64,000 nucleotides of DNA from Patescibacteria group bacterium (GCA_016861205.1 BOKX01000001.1:603434-667433); one strand, 5' to 3'; numbered from the stretch's first letter, positions 9,848-19,099 are shown. A program made the numbers and translations. The notes: a model not told the origin generated them from the sequence alone.

Positions 9848-11005
9848 TTATTGCAACTGAGTTGCAGAGTCACTGGCTGGTGGTGATGCCAGTTCGCTTT
9901 GTAACCAAGCCTGCACGGCACTCCAGTCTCCTTGCCTTGGGACTAGAATAAACTGGCCATCGCTACTCTTGCTAGCCTTCAGCTGCGTTTTATCATCAAT
10001 CACCAGGCTCGTAATATGGTAGTGCTGCAAGTCATCAGCCCGTTGCAACCAGTCATCCCACTCGGCCAAAGGAAGATCCGTGCTCACATGCCAGCTTAAC
10101 GTGGTCAGCAACCCTGGCAATTTAGGGACAGCTTCCAACTTAAAAATTTTATCCTTCAAAGCGACTACGACAGCTCTTTGGCGAGCCGCCCGACCCAAGT
10201 CCCCGCCATCTTGGTTGCTGTGCCGAGAGCGAACGTACTTGAGAGCGGTTGCGCCATCCATCTGCTGCCGGCCAGCCAAAAACTCGAGTTTTTCATAGCG
10301 ACAAGGAAAAGCTTGTTCCGCCAACGTCCCTGAAAGGGTTGCCACAGCCGCAAGTTCTTCAGGTGATTTTTCACATGTGTCATTTTCTTTACCTTCGATG
10401 GGATACCACTCATCAGTAAAAGGTCGCGCGACATTCACCGTTACTCCGCCAAAATTGTCGATTGCCTTCACAAAACCTTCAAAATCCACCGCCACAAAGT
10501 ACTCGGGCTGGATGCCAGTCACCTGTTTGATGGCATACTTAGCTAGCTGGCCACCTCCCGCATTTCCGGTAAACTCTGGCGGTCTTTCAAGATAACGACG
10601 GGTGTCCAAACCGTAGCTGTATGCAGAGTTAAGTTTGCTACCCACCAACTCAGTTGGCTTCAGCGGCAGCTCTACCCAGATGTCGCGCGGTAGAGATACC
10701 AGTATCACTCGTTGTTGTTTTGGTTGAATCACAGCCAGAATCATGGTGTCTGTCAATCGGCCGCCCGCATGTTGGCCACCCCCATATCCCAACAAGGCAA
10801 TAACACGATCTCGGTCGGGATCAGGCGTGGGACTTGGCTGTGGTGAGTTATCTTGGGTAATGGTTGGGCTTTTCGGGGTAACAACCACTGAACGAGCGCG
10901 ACCGTAAGCCACTACGCCCACCGCAACTGTCAGACCCAGCGTGACCACCGCGGCTATCGCCGCCAGCTTTTGCCAAAGAGGCAAAGTTATCAGCTGTGCA
11001 GTCAT
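9848..11005 (-). CDS. LCP (LytR-CpsA-Psr) family protein
   Basis: LTDTMI, SLPRDIWV, KLNSAY, VDFEGFVKAID, ALKYVRSRH, DLGRAARQ. Confidence 0.95.
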   Translation of the reverse strand: MTAQLITLPLWQKLAAIAAVVTLGLTVAVGVVAYGRARSVVVTPKSPTITQDNSPQPSPTPDPDRDRVIALLGYGGGQHAGGRLTDTMILAVIQPKQQRVILVSLPRDIWVELPLKPTELVGSKLNSAYSYGLDTRRYLERPPEFTGNAGGGQLAKYAIKQVTGIQPEYFVAVDFEGFVKAIDNFGGVTVNVARPFTDEWYPIEGKENDTCEKSPEELAAVATLSGTLAEQAFPCRYEKLEFLAGRQQMDGATALKYVRSRHSNQDGGDLGRAARQRAVVVALKDKIFKLEAVPKLPGLLTTLSWHVSTDLPLAEWDDWLQRADDLQHYHITSLVIDDKTQLKASKSSDGQFILVPRQGDWSAVQAWLQSELASPPASDSATQLQ

Positions 11006-11508
11006 CTTGATTCAGGCAGTGGCCGAAGCACCACTGCGCCTCCCTGGTTGATTTTTACGATACCAGCCGGTGCCGGATAGTCGTAGACATTCGCTTCAGT
11101 TAGTGGTGAACCGAGTATGGCTTCTCGTAGGGCGGCAATCACCGAACCATGAGTACAGGCTAGAATCACGTTCGTCGGCAACTGTTCAACCTCAGCCAAC
11201 CAGCTTTGGGCACGTTCACTCAGTTCGGCAATCGTCTCTTGATGGAACTCCCGCAAACGGTCATCTGTGGTAAATGTCCAGCTGGTGACCCGGGTCACAA
11301 TCTCTGCTGTTTGTTGGCAACGAAGTACTGGTGAGGCAAAAGCCACTTCAGGGGCTGGCTCAAGGTCTTTGAGAAACCAAGCACTTTTTTCTGCTTCAAC
11401 GATGCCTTCTGGAAGCAGTTTGGCTGTCAAGATATCTGGGCCGTAGCCGTCTTCACGACGGGTAGCCAAACCATGGCGCAAAAAGTAGTAGGTTTTGTTT
11501 GACATCAT
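11002..11508 (-). CDS. Histidine phosphatase family protein
   Basis: LRHG, SPVLRCQQTA, DRLREF, THGSVI. Confidence 0.92.
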   Translation of the reverse strand: MMSNKTYYFLRHGLATRREDGYGPDILTAKLLPEGIVEAEKSAWFLKDLEPAPEVAFASPVLRCQQTAEIVTRVTSWTFTTDDRLREFHQETIAELSERAQSWLAEVEQLPTNVILACTHGSVIAALREAILGSPLTEANVYDYPAPAGIVKINQGGAVVLRPLPESR

Positions 11509-11520
11509 AGGTCGTCAGAG

Positions 11521-12771
11521 TTAGTTACTGGCTGAACTGACTTGATCATACACGGCAGCAACTTGCTCGGCTACCTTCGGCCAAGCCAAGTGCTCTGCGG
11601 TACGACGCAACTCAGCTGTCAACTCGGGGTGATGATCAGCTTCATCAATCAAGTGTTCGATCTGCTCGGAAAGACGCAGCGGATTGTTGACTGTCGCCAC
11701 TAAGTGATCAGCATCGTTGTCAAAGAACGTGGCAATTCCAGATACATTTGTTGTTACAACTGGCACACCACATGCCATAGCTTCCAAGGCTGTCATCCCA
11801 AAAGACTCGTAATGTGATGGCATGACTACCACCGAGGCTGCATTATAGTAAGCGGGTAGAGATAACTGATGTTGCTGGCCTACAAAGTGGACTAGATCCG
11901 GAATTTTCAGTACTTCACGCAATCGTTGCAGTTTTTGCAACTCGGCGGACCATTGATCACTCGGCTGGGAAATGTCCCCACCCACGATCCATAACCTAAT
12001 GTTCCAATTTGGTTGCCGATGACGAATCATCTTTAAGGCATACATGATTGCATCAATCCCTTTGAGCGGCTCGATACGGCCTACAAAAAGCAGAATTTTC
12101 TCATCGGGCTCTGCGCCTATACTCTGTTTGGCAGCAACATGATCCATGGGCTTAAACAAATCGATGTTCACTCCTGGGGTCACCACTTGAACCCGAGCTG
12201 GTTGAGCGTTGTACAAATGCTCCAAGTAGCTTTTGTCAGTCCGGCTAGGCGCAATGATGGCTTGACTGGTCGCGACCAAACTATATTCAGCGTTAATCCG
12301 AGCTTCACTTTCTTGCTCTTGTTGATTCCGAGCCACCAGGTTTTTCATCAACGCTAAGGTGTGAAAGGTGGTCACGATAGGTAGCCCCGGATGCAACTGC
12401 ACAATTTTTTGAGCGATCATACCCGACTGATAGTAGTGAGCATGTATCGCATCGTACGTGACATCAAACTCAGCCACAAACTGCTGCCAACGATCGACAA
12501 ACTCGTCTAAGTACATCAGCAGCTGTTGTTTTGGTAGGCCCATGGGCGGGCCTGCCAGCAAGTGCATCAGCCGTAACCCAGGCATAATCTCAACTATTCG
12601 CTGATTTGTCGCATCCTGGCATCGGGTGAAAATGTCAACTTGGTGCCCTTGCTTAACCAACTCTTTTGAGAGCTCGAGCACATATACGTTCATACCACCA
12701 GTTTCTTTGCCTTCCTCTGATGCCAAAGGACAGGTGTGATATGAGAGCATGCAAATTCGCAGTGATTTCAT
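11521..12771 (-). CDS. Glycosyltransferase family 4, MshA-like
   Basis: HTCPL...TGGMNVYV, HAHYY, TFHTL, VGRIEPLKG, PSHYESFGMTALEAMACG. Confidence 0.9.
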   Translation of the reverse strand: MKSLRICMLSYHTCPLASEEGKETGGMNVYVLELSKELVKQGHQVDIFTRCQDATNQRIVEIMPGLRLMHLLAGPPMGLPKQQLLMYLDEFVDRWQQFVAEFDVTYDAIHAHYYQSGMIAQKIVQLHPGLPIVTTFHTLALMKNLVARNQQEQESEARINAEYSLVATSQAIIAPSRTDKSYLEHLYNAQPARVQVVTPGVNIDLFKPMDHVAAKQSIGAEPDEKILLFVGRIEPLKGIDAIMYALKMIRHRQPNWNIRLWIVGGDISQPSDQWSAELQKLQRLREVLKIPDLVHFVGQQHQLSLPAYYNAASVVVMPSHYESFGMTALEAMACGVPVVTTNVSGIATFFDNDADHLVATVNNPLRLSEQIEHLIDEADHHPELTAELRRTAEHLAWPKVAEQVAAVYDQVSSASN

Positions 12772-12820
12772 ACGTGAGACACAATAATACTCAGTCCAGC
12801 ATTAATGACAACTCGCAAAC

Positions 12821-13501
12821 TTACCTATCTTCGTAGTGTTGGGCCATTTGCGCAGTCACAATGTCTTGAAAATTGTGTTGACGATACATCGTATCACGCA
12901 GTTCATAGTGCACGACAACTCCCCGACCCGTGCCTTTTTCAGCCACTACCAACAAACGAAGGTTGGGATTACCTGGGATACCTTTGTAGCGCCAGACTCG
13001 TTCACCACGAGGACCAACCACTTCATCAACACCCAACATTTTGTAGTAGTCATACCGACCGCCAACGCGGCCGCGAGCTTCGTTGTATCGTTCTATGTAC
13101 TGCAATACGGTCTGATCCATCTCAGCTTGCCGACCTTTTTTCTGAACACTACCGTTCATTTTGCTTCGAGCGGCAGCCAGCATACGTGCATCAAGCGCTT
13201 GATTTAAGCTTGCGTTCAAATCAGGCAACTGAAACATGTTATCTAGAAAACGAATGTACTTCTCAGCAAAGGCAGGATTTAACTTTAAAAAAATGAGGTA
13301 GAGACCCAATAGGCCCATGCGCTCTTCTTCTCGGAGGACGTTCAGGTGGGGTCGGGTGGCCAAAAGCTCGCGCAGTTTTGCCTTGTCACTCTCTGACATC
13401 GACTCAACTAAACGCTGTTTGAACTCATCGCTCATCAACTCAGCCAGTGAGGCATCAAACAGTAATTGTCGGACTTTGCGTTCAGTTCTACCCATGACCA
13501 T
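12821..13501 (-). CDS. Hypothetical protein with a possible C-terminal RelE/ParE-like domain
   Basis: ORF in the same orientation as the downstream operon; C-terminal VWRYKG...NLRLLVV...VVVHYELRDTMY; start uncertain. Confidence 0.55.
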   Translation of the reverse strand: MVMGRTERKVRQLLFDASLAELMSDEFKQRLVESMSESDKAKLRELLATRPHLNVLREEERMGLLGLYLIFLKLNPAFAEKYIRFLDNMFQLPDLNASLNQALDARMLAAARSKMNGSVQKKGRQAEMDQTVLQYIERYNEARGRVGGRYDYYKMLGVDEVVGPRGERVWRYKGIPGNPNLRLLVVAEKGTGRGVVVHYELRDTMYRQHNFQDIVTAQMAQHYEDR

Positions 13502-13695
13502 GGGTATATCAGAAGAGATCAGAATTGCGGCTGACAAATGTGACACAACAAACACTGTCGAACTGAATTACATACACCTTTTTTGGGCATTTGGTTTTGG
13601 AGAGTGGCTCAGTACGATGTGGAGTGTTCAGGTTGTTAGCCATACACAACTTAATAATTATTTAATAATTGCCCGCTATCATACGGTAAGCAGTT

Positions 13696-14367
13696 ATGCA
13701 GATATTACTCGTCGAAGATGACCAAGACCTGGCTGATAGTTTGCGCCATCGCTTAGCAGGCAGTTTTCAGGTGACTACGGTGGCTAACGGTCAAAAAGCC
13801 TTACATGAGCTGGCCATCGGTGACTTTCAAGCCATCATTCTCGATCTCTCATTGCCAGATATAACTGGACAAACCTTATGTCAAAAAATGCGAGCTGACG
13901 CACATCATCAGCCCATCATTGCCTTGACTGGTCAAAATGAACTCGGTACAAAAGTGACTGCCCTAGAGTTGGGTTTTGACGACTACTTGGTTAAGCCAGT
14001 CGCTCCTGCCGAGCTGACTGCCCGCATCCGCGCCTGTTTACGTCGGCCCTACGTTCAACACCCCAACCACAAGCTGACAGTTGGCTGCCTCAGCTTAGAT
14101 CTCGAATCGTTGACTGTTGTTCGTGACGGCCAAACCATAAGTCTGAGAAAGCGGGAAGCAACTTTGCTTGCGTACCTTATGCATCATGCTGGCCGAGTTG
14201 TAACTCGAGACATGATCTTGAGTGTAATCTGGTCGGCCTCGTATGAAACTGACCCCAACGTGGTGAATGTACACATTAAGGTTCTGAGAGACAGAATAGA
14301 TCGTAACTTCAACAAAAAGTTGATCAAAACAGTGCATGGCTTGGGTTACAAACTGGAAACGATATGA
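13696..14367 (+). CDS. OmpR-family response regulator
   Basis: LLVEDD, ILDLSLPD, DDYLVKP, wHTH NVVNVHIKVLRDRI...IKTVHGLGY. Confidence 0.95.
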   Translation: MQILLVEDDQDLADSLRHRLAGSFQVTTVANGQKALHELAIGDFQAIILDLSLPDITGQTLCQKMRADAHHQPIIALTGQNELGTKVTALELGFDDYLVKPVAPAELTARIRACLRRPYVQHPNHKLTVGCLSLDLESLTVVRDGQTISLRKREATLLAYLMHHAGRVVTRDMILSVIWSASYETDPNVVNVHIKVLRDRIDRNFNKKLIKTVHGLGYKLETI

Positions 14368-15289
14368 ACACCTGCTCGCCACATTCACGTCGACCCATCT
14401 GAGTCGAACCGTGATAGTGAAGTTGTTCTCAGCAAGCCTTGAGTGGGCAGGGTGGTGGGGTTTGGCTTGGTTGACCTATTACTTGAACCATATCGATAGC
14501 AAACTCGGGCAAACAGCACTGGCTTGCCTGGGAGTAGATACTGGCTTTCGGCTGCTGGCTGCTCGCCGGCGGCAGTACCAAACCAAAATCAAAGATCTTG
14601 AACTAAAACAAGTTCGTTACCTCACCCATCTTGGCAAACTCACCCCAGGCTTAATCCACGATATCGTCACTCCATTAAATACCATTCAGTTAAGTCTCTC
14701 AGAGCTTGAGCCAGAAATTGTACAGCCGTGCTCGCCGGGTCGGCACGCTCTCGATCGAGCCACTCGCAACGCTTACAAGATTACAACGTACCTCGCAACT
14801 ATCCGCGAACATCTGCAACAACAAACACGACTCCAAACTTTTTCTCCTGTCCAAGAAATTAACTTTGCGATTGAAGCGGTGTATCAAAAATGTGTGAAGT
14901 GTAATGTGGAAATCGAGTTCGTTGCCACCACACAGCGGGATATCACAGGAAATCCTCTGCGGTTTTATCAGCTGGTACTTAACCTGTTGACCAATGCCAT
15001 TGACTCCTACCCCACCACCAACGCCAACACCCAGCTAGTGGGTGTTCGACTCCAGGCCACTGCACACGAACTTCAATTGCTCATTGAAGATCACGGCTGT
15101 GGGATGACTCCCAGTTTGACACGGCGGATGTTTGAACCTTTTTTTACTACAAAAACTACCCAGCAAGGTACCGGCCTTGGCCTGGCTTTGTGTCGCGAGA
15201 TAGTTGCCGAGTTTCGTGGGCAGATTATGGTCAATAGTCATCCCCAGCAAGGCACTACTTTTCAGATCGGCATTCCTTGGCGGGGTTAA
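14336..15289 (+). CDS. Sensor histidine kinase (start uncertain)
   Basis: H-box GLIHDIVTPL, N-box NLLTNAID, DHGCG, FEPFFTTK, GTGLGL. Confidence 0.9.
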   Translation: MAWVTNWKRYEHLLATFTSTHLSRTVIVKLFSASLEWAGWWGLAWLTYYLNHIDSKLGQTALACLGVDTGFRLLAARRRQYQTKIKDLELKQVRYLTHLGKLTPGLIHDIVTPLNTIQLSLSELEPEIVQPCSPGRHALDRATRNAYKITTYLATIREHLQQQTRLQTFSPVQEINFAIEAVYQKCVKCNVEIEFVATTQRDITGNPLRFYQLVLNLLTNAIDSYPTTNANTQLVGVRLQATAHELQLLIEDHGCGMTPSLTRRMFEPFFTTKTTQQGTGLGLALCREIVAEFRGQIMVNSHPQQGTTFQIGIPWRG

Positions 15290-15291
15290 AC

Positions 15292-15322
15292 TTCAGCTAG
15301 GGTTCAGTCGGCCAGCTATAAT
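15292..15322 (+). promoter_or_regulatory. Direct repeat TTCAG-N6-TTCAG plus -10 TATAAT; putative OmpR-family binding site
   Basis: TTCAG 15292, TTCAG 15303, TATAAT 15317-15322, ATG 15329. Confidence 0.65.
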
Positions 15323-15328
15323 AGGAAC

Positions 15329-16006
15329 ATGAAAATTTTAGTCGTCGAGGATGAGGTCCGGATTGCCAGCCAACTCAAAAAGGGGTTGGAACAAGAACGC
15401 TACAACGTTCAGCTCAGTCACGATGGCATTGAGGGTTACGACCTAGCAAGCACTGAAGAGTTTGACCTCATCATCTTGGATTTGATGTTGCCTGGGAAAG
15501 ACGGCTTAACTATCTGTCGTGAGTTGCGTCGGCAACACGTGTCGACTCCTATTTTGATGTTGACGGCCAAAGCCCAAATTACCGACCGAGTCACTGGTCT
15601 TGATCTGGGTGCAGATGACTACTTGACGAAACCCTTTGCCTTCGACGAGCTGTTTGCCCGGGTTCGAGCTTTAACCAGACGCCCACCCCAGCTCAATCAT
15701 GCTACCTTACGCGTCGGCGATCTGGAACTTGATCCCCAAGCCTTTACTGTATCGCGACACCAAACTCCATTACAGCTGTCCCAAAAAGAGTTCATGATTC
15801 TCAAGTACCTGATGCGACAAGCTGGTCAGATCGTAACCAAAGACAAAATTATGTCGCAGGTCTGGGATTACGACGCTGATATTTTGCCCAACACGGTAGA
15901 GGCGTACATCAAAAACTTGCGCAAAAAAATCGATGTGCCGTTCCCGGATCTGCCACCGTTGATTAAAACAGTTCGTGGGTTTGGATACAAACTTGATGCT
16001 CAATAG
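15329..16006 (+). CDS. OmpR-family response regulator
   Basis: LVVEDE, ILDLMLPG, GADDYLTKPF, NTVEAYIKNLRKKI, KTVRGFGY. Confidence 0.96.
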   Translation: MKILVVEDEVRIASQLKKGLEQERYNVQLSHDGIEGYDLASTEEFDLIILDLMLPGKDGLTICRELRRQHVSTPILMLTAKAQITDRVTGLDLGADDYLTKPFAFDELFARVRALTRRPPQLNHATLRVGDLELDPQAFTVSRHQTPLQLSQKEFMILKYLMRQAGQIVTKDKIMSQVWDYDADILPNTVEAYIKNLRKKIDVPFPDLPPLIKTVRGFGYKLDAQ

Positions 16007-17054
16007 AGTCCCGGTTTTTCGATCTGCTCGACTTAAACTCACAGTCTGGTACGTGGCTATTTTGATGGTTATTAGCTTAATGTTTAGTGGCAGCATCTAT
16101 ACGTTGTCTGTTCGTGAAGTGCAACATTTTGAACAACTCCAACGTTGGGAACTTCAAGAACAACTCCAAACCAGTGGCTGCTTATCATATGATGCTCGGA
16201 CTTGTGGCTTCGGCCCAACCCTCGCCCCTGGTTCGACGCTGCTCAATGACTCAAAGCGACGCATTTTGTCATCACTGGCTGTGGTTAACCTCACAATCTT
16301 GCTAGCCGCCACCGTGTTCAGCTACTTGTTGGCGGGCAAGACACTTAAGCCAATTCAGAACATGGTTGACGATCAAAATCGATTTATCAGCGACGCTTCT
16401 CATGAGCTCAGAACTCCCCTGACCTCACTAAAAAGTGGTTTTGAGTTGTTTTTGCGTGACGCCCATCACAGTTTGCGAGATGCCGTAACCCTGGCGAAGG
16501 AAGGACTCGAAGACGTCCAGACACTCCAATCACTCACCGAGTCCATGTTGCAACTCACGCAGTATCAATCAACCCCAAGACAGGCAACCCTATCACCACT
16601 CAAACTTATCGAACCTATTCAAGATGCCTCCCGGCGCGTAAAAAAACAGGCCAGCCACAAAAAAATCACGGTAACCATTGAAGTTGAATCTAGCTGGCAG
16701 GTCATTGGTAATAAACAGTCATTAAGCGATCTATTCGTGATTCTGCTCGACAATGCAATCAAGTACAGTCCCAGCCGAACTACTGTACATGTTCGTGCTA
16801 AACAGCTGCACCGGTCCGTGGCCGTCTCGGTTGTTGATCAGGGCATCGGCATAGAACCCACCGATCTCGGGCACATATTTGACCGGTTCTATCGGGCCGA
16901 TACCGCCCGGACAAAGACCACCGACAGTGGATATGGGTTGGGGTTATCTATTGCCCAAAACATAGTTGCTCTTCATAAGGGGTGTATCGACGTCACAAGT
17001 GTGGTCGGCCAGGGGAGTGTGTTCACCGTGCACCTGCCACTTACCCGCACCTAA
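15996..17054 (+). CDS. Sensor histidine kinase (two TM, HisKA + HATPase)
   Basis: DASHELRTPLT, LLDNAIKYS, DQGIG, FDRFYR, GYGLGL. Confidence 0.96.
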   Translation: MLNRVPVFRSARLKLTVWYVAILMVISLMFSGSIYTLSVREVQHFEQLQRWELQEQLQTSGCLSYDARTCGFGPTLAPGSTLLNDSKRRILSSLAVVNLTILLAATVFSYLLAGKTLKPIQNMVDDQNRFISDASHELRTPLTSLKSGFELFLRDAHHSLRDAVTLAKEGLEDVQTLQSLTESMLQLTQYQSTPRQATLSPLKLIEPIQDASRRVKKQASHKKITVTIEVESSWQVIGNKQSLSDLFVILLDNAIKYSPSRTTVHVRAKQLHRSVAVSVVDQGIGIEPTDLGHIFDRFYRADTARTKTTDSGYGLGLSIAQNIVALHKGCIDVTSVVGQGSVFTVHLPLTRT

Positions 17055-17067
17055 GGCCACACCTGTC

Positions 17068-17099
17068 TTCAGCTGATTTTCAACTCATGGGTACATAAT
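17068..17099 (+). promoter_or_regulatory. Direct repeat TTCAG-N6-TTCAA plus -10 CATAAT
   Basis: Same geometry as the 15292 site, with no ORF downstream. Confidence 0.5.
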
Positions 17100-17133
17100 C
17101 TTAAAACTAGACTATCTAGTAGCTGGACAAAGT

Positions 17134-17159
17134 AAAACACTCCCCGCCGGGGGTGTTTT
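17134..17159. terminator. Bidirectional rho-independent terminator
   Basis: AAAACACTCCC-CGCC-GGGGGTGTTTT between convergent transcription units. Confidence 0.85.
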
Positions 17160-17182
17160 GCTATCTGGGCGCAACCGAACGT

Positions 17183-17506
17183 TTACGGCTGCCACTGTGA
17201 AACCTGCAAATCGACTTTAGATCCGTTAAAAATCACACCCTCACGTTGGAGCATTAGCTGCTTGGTACTCACACCGTCCCCAGCAGAATAACCAGTTAAA
17301 CTGCCATCGCTCGCTACCACCCGATGACAGGGAGTTCGGGGCGCATCGGGGTTTGTTTTCATACACATCCCAACGGCTCGCGCCGCTCTGGGGCTACCAG
17401 CCAACTTGGCTAACTGGCCATACGTCGCAACTTTGCCGGTGGGAATTTGCCGACACAAGTCATAGACTTTATCAAAAAAAACTGATCGGGTAGGCTCATT
17501 CGACAT
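17183..17506 (-). CDS. MGMT-family O6-alkylguanine DNA alkyltransferase domain protein
   Basis: IPTGKVATYGQLA, RAARAVG, PCHRVV active-site motif. Confidence 0.93.
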   Translation of the reverse strand: MSNEPTRSVFFDKVYDLCRQIPTGKVATYGQLAKLAGSPRAARAVGMCMKTNPDAPRTPCHRVVASDGSLTGYSAGDGVSTKQLMLQREGVIFNGSKVDLQVSQWQP

Positions 17507-17546
17507 ATGCCCTTTGTACCAAAAAAGTGTTTCATTAGCAAACTCT

Positions 17547-17579
17547 TTCAGCTCAAACTCAGGTACGGTTGACTATAAT
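17547..17579 (+). promoter_or_regulatory. Direct repeat TTCAG-N6-CTCAG plus -10 TATAAT
   Basis: TTCAG 17547, CTCAG 17558, TATAAT 17574, ATG 17589. Confidence 0.55.
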
Positions 17580-17588
17580 CCGGGCAGT

Positions 17589-18656
17589 ATGACTGGCAAA
17601 GTTTGGTTCGGCATCATTGGATTAGTGGTTTTGGCTGGCCTTGGGTGGTGGTGGCGGTCAAACGATCTGAGGCAGTCATCTTCAACCCAACTCACCAGTG
17701 ACTCAGCTGACGAAAATGACGAGCTGAGTGGCCTGGCAAAAACTCCCCTGCACCCCCTAACAATCGAGAGCTTACGAACCAGAAACTACCCTGGCAGCCC
17801 TATTACCATCGAGTCTGAGCTTGAGCCTGGCAGCAACTACCAGCGGTACTTGACCTCATATCAGTCTGATGGCTTAAAAATCTACGCTTTACTCACGGTT
17901 CCGAATGGAGACAAGCCAGCAACTGGTTGGCCAGTCATAGTTTTTAATCATGGTTACATTCCCCCTGCCGAGTATCGCACTACGGAACGTTATGTAGCCT
18001 ACACTGATGGCTTCTCTCGCCAAGGCTACATTGTGTTTCGACCTGACTACCGCGGACATGGCAACTCGGAAGGCGAAGCGAGCGGCGCGTATGGTTCGAA
18101 TGCTTACACTATTGACGTGTTGAATGCCGTGGCCAGCCTCAAACAGTATCCAGATGCCGATCCACAACGTATTGGCATGTGGGGGCACTCAATGGGCGGC
18201 CATATCACGTTGAAAAGTATGGTAGTCGATCCTGATATCAAGGCCGGTGTGATTTGGGCTGGGGTGGTCGCTTCGTATCCCGATTTACTCAACAATTGGC
18301 GCCGAAGTAACTTCACACCGCCGCCACTACCCAGTGGAGCTCGCCGTTGGCGACAAATACTAACAGATGAGTATGGCACACCTGAGCAAAATCCCCAGTT
18401 CTGGGCCAGTATCTCAGCCAACAGTTTTTTGAGTAGCCTGTCCGGTCCGATCCAACTTCACCACGGTACAGCAGATAGCTCGGTGCCTGTCGAGTTTTCT
18501 GAAAGTCTCCAGACCCAACTCCAGGCTGCCAGCCAAGTCAGTGAGCTCTTTGTCTATCCCGGTGATGACCACAATCTAAGTGATAACTTCTCAACAGCCA
18601 TGCGTCGATCTGTCGAGTTTTTTGACACCTATGTCAAAAAAAGTGATGGTTCCTGA
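17589..18656 (+). CDS. Membrane-anchored alpha/beta hydrolase (S9 peptidase-like)
   Basis: HGY, PDYRGHG, GHSMGG nucleophile elbow, HGTAD, GDDH; N-terminal TM. Confidence 0.92.
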   Translation: MTGKVWFGIIGLVVLAGLGWWWRSNDLRQSSSTQLTSDSADENDELSGLAKTPLHPLTIESLRTRNYPGSPITIESELEPGSNYQRYLTSYQSDGLKIYALLTVPNGDKPATGWPVIVFNHGYIPPAEYRTTERYVAYTDGFSRQGYIVFRPDYRGHGNSEGEASGAYGSNAYTIDVLNAVASLKQYPDADPQRIGMWGHSMGGHITLKSMVVDPDIKAGVIWAGVVASYPDLLNNWRRSNFTPPPLPSGARRWRQILTDEYGTPEQNPQFWASISANSFLSSLSGPIQLHHGTADSSVPVEFSESLQTQLQAASQVSELFVYPGDDHNLSDNFSTAMRRSVEFFDTYVKKSDGS

Positions 18657-18689
18657 CCTGTGACAGTGACCTTGTTATAATTCGCGCCT

Positions 18690-19088
18690 GTGACCAAGCG
18701 CGAACGACCAAGACATCAAGACCCAACAGAACGACAGTTTGAAATGCTGACTGCGGAGTGTGGTTTTAGGGTCGAACCTGCCGAACCAATTACTTGCCAG
18801 CAACCAGTCGCCAACAAGGGTGGCATACTGAAAAAAAAGACCACGATACCCGATTTTAAAGTTAGTCATCCTCACACTGGTCATTTCACATTGGTTGAGG
18901 TCACAGCCGACAGCATCCTCGGAAGTGGTAAAGCCGCTCAGAGACGGGTCGTTACCCAAGCCGAACACGAGCAAGGTATAGCAATTCCGTATGTGGTAGT
19001 TTGTGGCACCACCGTCGCCCAGCTAACGAGTCTGGACGTTGAAACCCGTACTGAATTCTTACTGGGACTTTTTAAGTGGCAGTTGTAG
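18690..19088 (+). CDS. Small hypothetical protein, PD-(D/E)xK-like
   Basis: IPDFKV...TLVEVT motif; extended -10 TGTTATAAT 8 nt before the GTG. Confidence 0.6.
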   Translation: MTKRERPRHQDPTERQFEMLTAECGFRVEPAEPITCQQPVANKGGILKKKTTIPDFKVSHPHTGHFTLVEVTADSILGSGKAAQRRVVTQAEHEQGIAIPYVVVCGTTVAQLTSLDVETRTEFLLGLFKWQL

Positions 19089-19099
19089 CGGGCAATCGC

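Noticed and set aside
12805-13296. 163-aa and 123-aa + strand ORFs
   Set aside because: Antisense to the more protein-like minus-strand ORF that is co-oriented with the operon; no motifs.
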